Below, one piece after another: positions 59,273-64,000 of a stretch of DNA of 64,000 bases; position 1 is the stretch's first letter, and every line of letters begins with the position of its first letter. The translations under genes were made by a program, and so were the position numbers. The stretch comes from Thermodesulfovibrio sp. (GTDB lineage Bacteria > Nitrospirota > Thermodesulfovibrionia > Thermodesulfovibrionales > Thermodesulfovibrionaceae). The stretch spans positions 5,137 through 69,136 of the forward strand of contig JANXBK010000006.1 of the NCBI GenBank assembly GCA_025057595.1, given 5' to 3'. The notes beneath the pieces were generated by a model. The model had not been told where the DNA came from and ran no database searches. It was given only the letters and a program-made list of their open reading frames with translations.

Positions 59273-60538
59273 CTAAATTTTTATTAATCCCTTTATCCAA
59301 GATGTAAATCTATCAATTAATGAGATAAAAGACTGAGATTGTTCAACTTTTGAGTGTTTAGCTCTTATTGTATAAATAACCCCTCCTAATACTGAAGAAA
59401 AATCAGGCGAAAAACTATCAATCTCTTCAAAAATTTTTTCATCATTCCATCCCATCTCACTGCACAACTCAACTATTCCTGTATCAGGCTTTCCAACTCT
59501 TACAGGTATAGAAAGAAAGCTTTCAGCTAAGTGTATAAATCCCTTAAGTTGAGCCCCTCCGCCAGTGATAACTACTGAGTTTATATTTAAATACTCACTA
59601 AAAGAATCTATCTGTTTCTTTAAAATCTCAAAAATCTCTTCTAATCTTGGATAGACTATCTCTTTTATAACCCTCAAAGGAACTCTCAGAGGTTGTCTAT
59701 CTAAACCCATTATTTCAACTTCTTGTGCATCGCTAAACTTTATATCTCCGAAATTAATATCTGGTAAAGCCACACCAAACTGCGTTTTTATCCTTTCTGC
59801 TTCTTTAAAGGGAATTTTTAATCCTACAGTTAAATCATTCGTGATATGATTACTTCCTATACCAAAACTCTCTATATGTCTTATATATCCCTCATAAAAT
59901 AAGGCAATATCTGTGGTGCCACCTCCAAAGTCTACTATTAAAGTTCCAACTTCTCTGTCATGCTCTGTAAGAACCGCTTCAGATGAGGATATAGCCTGAA
60001 GAACCATCTCTTCTACCTCTATTCCAAGACGCTCAAAACAGCCTTTAATATTCTGTATATGAGAGGATGAGGTTGTTACTATATAAACTTTAGTCTCAAG
60101 TCTCAACCCTTTCATACCAATAGGATCTTTAATTCCATTTGAACCATCAACAATAAACTCAATGGGTAAAATATGTATTATCTCTCTGTCTGAAGGCATC
60201 TGAACTGCTGTAGCAAGTTCAATTACTGAAGATACATCTTCATACGTGATGGTTTTTCTCTTTATCTTTACTGCAGCATTACTATAAATACCTTTTATGT
60301 CTGGAATAGAAAAACATACTATAACCCTCTTTAACTTTGTAGATAATGACTCCTCAGTAGTTTGAATCGCCTTTTTAATTGAAGATGTAAAAGCTTCCAT
60401 ATCGATGATCTTTCCTTTTTTTAATCCAGAACTTAAAAATTTGTTTAGATACAGAATGTTTACTCCATTGTCAATTTTTGCTACAGTGATAGAGATTTTC
60501 GTTGTTCCTATATCTACTACTGCTAAAGTCTCCTTCAT
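59273..60538 (-). CDS. ftsA: Cell division protein FtsA
   Basis: DIGTTK, DFGGGTT, AERIK, TGGGA. Confidence 0.96.
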   Translation of the reverse strand: MKETLAVVDIGTTKISITVAKIDNGVNILYLNKFLSSGLKKGKIIDMEAFTSSIKKAIQTTEESLSTKLKRVIVCFSIPDIKGIYSNAAVKIKRKTITYEDVSSVIELATAVQMPSDREIIHILPIEFIVDGSNGIKDPIGMKGLRLETKVYIVTTSSSHIQNIKGCFERLGIEVEEMVLQAISSSEAVLTEHDREVGTLIVDFGGGTTDIALFYEGYIRHIESFGIGSNHITNDLTVGLKIPFKEAERIKTQFGVALPDINFGDIKFSDAQEVEIMGLDRQPLRVPLRVIKEIVYPRLEEIFEILKKQIDSFSEYLNINSVVITGGGAQLKGFIHLAESFLSIPVRVGKPDTGIVELCSEMGWNDEKIFEEIDSFSPDFSSVLGGVIYTIRAKHSKVEQSQSFISLIDRFTSWIKGLIKI

Positions 60539-61236
60539 TTTGTCTCCTCTTGAGGTTTGAATATGACCCTATCAGGAAATCTTAAATCAATATATTTAAC
60601 TTTAAGCTGCCTTTTTTGAATCTCTTCATTAACAACTCTGAATTTTGTAAACTTTCTCTCAAAATCTCCTTTCCCAACAATAATTGAAAAACTGTCTATA
60701 TAAAGAGTTATATCCTCTGGAAATTTTCCTTCTACTTTGATTTTCTGATCAGAGTTTATAATTTTATTTTTATTAAGGAATACTAAGAGATTAATTGCCT
60801 CTGTTAAAGTCTCTTTATTTTTAAATGGGTCTATATCTTTTATAACCGGCAAAAATACTCCTTCATTTGAAATCTCTCTAAGCTCTTCAAGAATAACTCC
60901 CTGATCATCAATTAAGTATGCTTTATTTTCAATTTGCAAGATAGCTAAGGGATTTGCTTCTATGATATAAATTGTTAATACTCCATTAAGATCTTTTCTT
61001 ATTGTTGCCTCTTTAATCCAAGCAGATTGTTTTAGCCTTTCATAAATAGTTTTAGGGAAAGGCAGAATCGCGGAACTACCCTCTTTTATATTAATAAGAT
61101 TTTTTATTTCCTCTTCAGTTAGATTCTTATTTCCTATAACAGATATATTTTTTATTGTCAGTTGTTTATAGATAAAAAGAGTAATCACAACTAAAAAAAT
61201 AATAAAAACTCCTACTACAGCTATCTTACTTTTCAT
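60535..61236 (-). CDS. ftsQ: Cell division protein FtsQ/DivIB
   Basis: TM, POTRA domain, YIDLRF. Confidence 0.9.
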   Translation of the reverse strand: MKSKIAVVGVFIIFLVVITLFIYKQLTIKNISVIGNKNLTEEEIKNLINIKEGSSAILPFPKTIYERLKQSAWIKEATIRKDLNGVLTIYIIEANPLAILQIENKAYLIDDQGVILEELREISNEGVFLPVIKDIDPFKNKETLTEAINLLVFLNKNKIINSDQKIKVEGKFPEDITLYIDSFSIIVGKGDFERKFTKFRVVNEEIQKRQLKVKYIDLRFPDRVIFKPQEETK

Positions 61237-62134
61237 CTCTTTTCAGTGCGAGTTTCAGAATCTCTTCTACTAGACTTTTAAAATCATATCCAGCAAGTGA
61301 TGCTATCTTTGGTAAAAGAGAGGTTTCAGTCATTCCAGGAATTGTGTTTACCTCAAGCACATAGGGATTTCCTTCTTTGTCAACAAGCATATCAACTCGA
61401 GTTGCTCCACTACAACCTAATGCTTGATGAGCTTTCAACCCAAGCTCTTTTAGTCTTTCATAAAGTTCTTTGTTTATTTCAGGAGGAAGTATATATTCTG
61501 TCAGTCCTTTGGTATATTTTGCCTCATAATCATAAAATGCCTTTTTAGGTCTTACCTCTACTCCACCTAATGCTTTATCTCCAAGAATACCAATATGAAT
61601 TTCTCTACCTTCTATATATCTTTCAACAATGACTCTTTCTCCATACTTAAAAGCTTCAGAAAAAGCATTTTCAAGCTCCCTCCTATTTCTTACTATATTT
61701 ACACCGACAGAAGAGCCTTCTTCGCAAGGTTTAACTACACATGGAAATTCAAAGGAATCTAAATTCAGAGATTTTAACCCTTCTTTACTAATTACTTTAA
61801 ATTCAGGCACAGGAATTCCGTGATATGTGAAAACTTTCTTTGAAAACTCCTTATCCATGGCAAGTGCAGAGGCTAAAACCTTTGAGCCAGTGTAAGGAAT
61901 TCCCATAATTTCAAGCATTCCTTGAACAGCTCCATTCTCTCCCCAGCCTCCATGCAAAACTAAAAAAGCTACATCTATCTTTTCTTTTTTAATAGTCTCA
62001 TATAGCAAACTATTCGCATCTATAAAAACAACATTGTAACCTAACTCTTTTAAAGCTTTAAACACAGCCTTTCCACTTCTAAGTGAAACCTCTCTTTCAG
62101 AGGATAATCCACCTGCTATAACACCTACTTTCAT
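61226..62134 (-). CDS. ddl: D-alanine-D-alanine ligase
   Basis: [24 protein letters not shown]. Confidence 0.97.
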   Translation of the reverse strand: MKVGVIAGGLSSEREVSLRSGKAVFKALKELGYNVVFIDANSLLYETIKKEKIDVAFLVLHGGWGENGAVQGMLEIMGIPYTGSKVLASALAMDKEFSKKVFTYHGIPVPEFKVISKEGLKSLNLDSFEFPCVVKPCEEGSSVGVNIVRNRRELENAFSEAFKYGERVIVERYIEGREIHIGILGDKALGGVEVRPKKAFYDYEAKYTKGLTEYILPPEINKELYERLKELGLKAHQALGCSGATRVDMLVDKEGNPYVLEVNTIPGMTETSLLPKIASLAGYDFKSLVEEILKLALKRDEK

Positions 62135-63025
62135 TTATACCCCCAAAAACTTTATCTCTGGCTCAAGTTCTATATTAAAAACTCTAAATACTTTGTCTCT
62201 TACAATATCTAAAAGTTTTAAAAAATCTGATGCTTTTCCATCTCCAATATTTATAAAGTAGTTTGCATGAAGTCTGCTTACCATGATGTCTCCCACTCTA
62301 AACCCCTTTAATCCTACTTGCTCTATAAGAGCTCCTGCTGAAAAACCCTCAGGATTTTTAAAAACACATCCAGCAGAGCGTTCTTTAACCGGCTGTGTCA
62401 TTATCCTTTTTTTCATAAAGCCCTTTACTTTTTTCAGGATCTCTTCTGCTGGATCTTCGTTTAATTTAAACTTAGATTTTGTAATAATCCATTCGTCCTT
62501 TACTCCAGATTTACGATATCCGAAATCAAGCTCTTTACCTTTAAATTTTCTAAATTCACAATCTTCTGTTACAACTTCAATTTCCTCTAAACTGCCGCTT
62601 ATTTCATAACCGAAAGAACCGGCATTGCCTTTTATTGCTCCACCAACACTACCTGGAATTCCAATGAGACCCTCTAAACCTGAAAGACCCTTCTTTGCAG
62701 TTAAAATAACCACCTTTGTTAGAGATTCACCAGCCATAACTTCAATAAAATCTCTGTCTAATTTAATTCCTTTAATTTTTGTAATGTTTATTACTACTCC
62801 CTCATATCCGCTATCACTTACAAGGAGATTGCTTCCTTTACCAATAACAAAGAAGGGAATATTTTCATCTTTTAAAAACTTCATTAACTTTAAAATATTT
62901 TCATAATTTGGATATACAATAAACTTAGCTAACCCTCCTATTCTTAAAGTTGTATAGTTTTTAAGAGGTTCGTCTCTTTTAAACTCTATATCTATTTCTT
63001 TACAGAGTCTCTCAAGAGAAATCAT
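62135..63025 (-). CDS. murB: UDP-N-acetylenolpyruvoylglucosamine reductase
   Basis: GKGSNLL, IPGSVGG, SAGCVFKNP, HANYF. Confidence 0.96.
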   Translation of the reverse strand: MISLERLCKEIDIEFKRDEPLKNYTTLRIGGLAKFIVYPNYENILKLMKFLKDENIPFFVIGKGSNLLVSDSGYEGVVINITKIKGIKLDRDFIEVMAGESLTKVVILTAKKGLSGLEGLIGIPGSVGGAIKGNAGSFGYEISGSLEEIEVVTEDCEFRKFKGKELDFGYRKSGVKDEWIITKSKFKLNEDPAEEILKKVKGFMKKRIMTQPVKERSAGCVFKNPEGFSAGALIEQVGLKGFRVGDIMVSRLHANYFINIGDGKASDFLKLLDIVRDKVFRVFNIELEPEIKFLGV

Positions 63026-63999
63026 AGAGCATCCCTAATCTCTTCTCCAATTTTATAGACATCTCCTGCGCCAATTGTGAAAACTATATCTCCTTCTTTA
63101 AGATCCTTTAGAACCTCTTGTATTAAAATCTTCCTGTTATCAGAAAATTTAACATTTATACCGTTAGTCTTCATTTTTTCATAAAGCACATCTCCACTTA
63201 TGCCCTCAATTGGCTGCTCACCTGCAGGATATATATCCATTAAAAAGAGTATGTCTTTTTGTCTTAATGTTTCCTTAAAAATCTTTACAAAATCCCTTAA
63301 TAAAGCCTTAGTTCTTGTATATCTATGAGGCTGAAAAATAATGCATAGTCTTTCAGGATTAAGCCACATAGCAGTTTTAACAACTGCCTTTATCTCGGTG
63401 GGATGATGTCCATAGTCATCGTAAAACTTGATTCCTCTTTTGCTTCCTTTAAATTCAAATCTTCTCTGAATTCCTTTAAAGTTAGATAAAGCCTCCTTAA
63501 CTTGATCAAAGGATATTGAAAGCTCTTTTGAGACTGCCAAAACTGCCAAGGCATTCAATACATTATGCTTTCCAAGAATTGGAATTTCTAACTTTCCTAA
63601 AAGTTTGCCTCTTAGAAAAGCTTCAAATACAACTTTACAGTCAATATATTTGATGTTTTTAGCATAAAAATTAGAGGATTCATCAAATCCATAAGTAATA
63701 TATCTTCTTTGAAGCTTTGGCAATAAATCTCTTATGTGTCTACATTCTCTGCATAAAACTGAGACACCATAAAAAGGAACTTTATTTACAAACTCTAAAA
63801 AAGCTTTTTTTATTCTTCTAAGATTTTTAAAGTAGTCAAGATGCTCTCTATCTATATTTGTTACAACAGCGATTGTTGGAGTAAGTTTGAGAAAACTTCC
63901 ATCACTCTCATCAGCTTCTGCCACAATGTAGTCTCCTTTTCCTAAGTAAGCGTTACTACCTAAGGATTTAAGCTTACCACCTATTACAATTGTGGGATC
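63022..63999 (-). CDS. murC: UDP-N-acetylmuramate-L-alanine ligase (5'-truncated by window edge)
   Basis: Frame open to the edge: DPTIVIGG...VAEADESD, DDYGHHP, FQPHRY. Confidence 0.95.
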   Translation of the reverse strand, partial: DPTIVIGGKLKSLGSNAYLGKGDYIVAEADESDGSFLKLTPTIAVVTNIDREHLDYFKNLRRIKKAFLEFVNKVPFYGVSVLCRECRHIRDLLPKLQRRYITYGFDESSNFYAKNIKYIDCKVVFEAFLRGKLLGKLEIPILGKHNVLNALAVLAVSKELSISFDQVKEALSNFKGIQRRFEFKGSKRGIKFYDDYGHHPTEIKAVVKTAMWLNPERLCIIFQPHRYTRTKALLRDFVKIFKETLRQKDILFLMDIYPAGEQPIEGISGDVLYEKMKTNGINVKFSDNRKILIQEVLKDLKEGDIVFTIGAGDVYKIGEEIRDAL

Positions 64000-64000
64000 A

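Noticed and set aside
1065-62906. Numerous 60-150 aa antisense or alternative-frame ORFs in the track (e.g. 17924..18358, 21486..21950, 35777..36175, 62283..62609)
   Set aside because: Nested within or largely overlapping well-supported genes, with no recognisable motifs
1-64000. CRISPR arrays, IS elements, prophage genes, riboswitches
   Set aside because: Intergenic gaps are short; no repeat-spacer periodicity, transposase or phage genes, or recognisable riboswitch structure seen by eye. A covariance-model scan would be needed to exclude small RNAs.

Overview
AT-rich (roughly one-third GC by eye), gene-dense core-chromosome segment of an anaerobic, probably thermophilic Gram-negative bacterium. 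Gene content and order suggest Thermodesulfovibrio/Nitrospirota (inference). Contents in order: a methanogen-type hdrA-hdrC-hdrB-mvhD-mvhG operon (runs off the left edge), tRNA-Leu(CAA), a degenerate Nudix gene, etfB-etfA(Fd)-fabD-mdh-ndk, xerC-hslV-hslU-rlpA-rlmD-NTPase, ino1 plus a PIP-synthase-like gene, hypAB-tadA, amidase-GerMN-murI-rph-arginase-like-rpiB-glyA, DUF4390-ntrY-ntrX-der, epimerase-USP-Clp1 kinase-MTI phosphorylase-L,D-transpeptidase, an Mdt-like RND pump with a DUF355 gene, tolQRAB-namZ-MurU/AmgK fusion, lysS-lolE-orf-lolD, a UDP-sugar dehydrogenase lacking a canonical start, tRNA-Pro(GGG), ihf-merR, a beta-CASP nuclease with an RRE/SPASM radical SAM gene, and the end of the dcw cluster. 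I saw no mobile elements, CRISPR arrays or prophage. The most notable observations are: recurrent 18-bp-spacer and leaderless promoters, a PI-phosphate synthesis pair, a fused MurNAc salvage enzyme replacing pal after tolB, a Clp1/USP/MTIP operon, an orphan RRE-SPASM maturase, an orphan bifurcating Etf and an ATT-start gene. None is proven novel without database searches.
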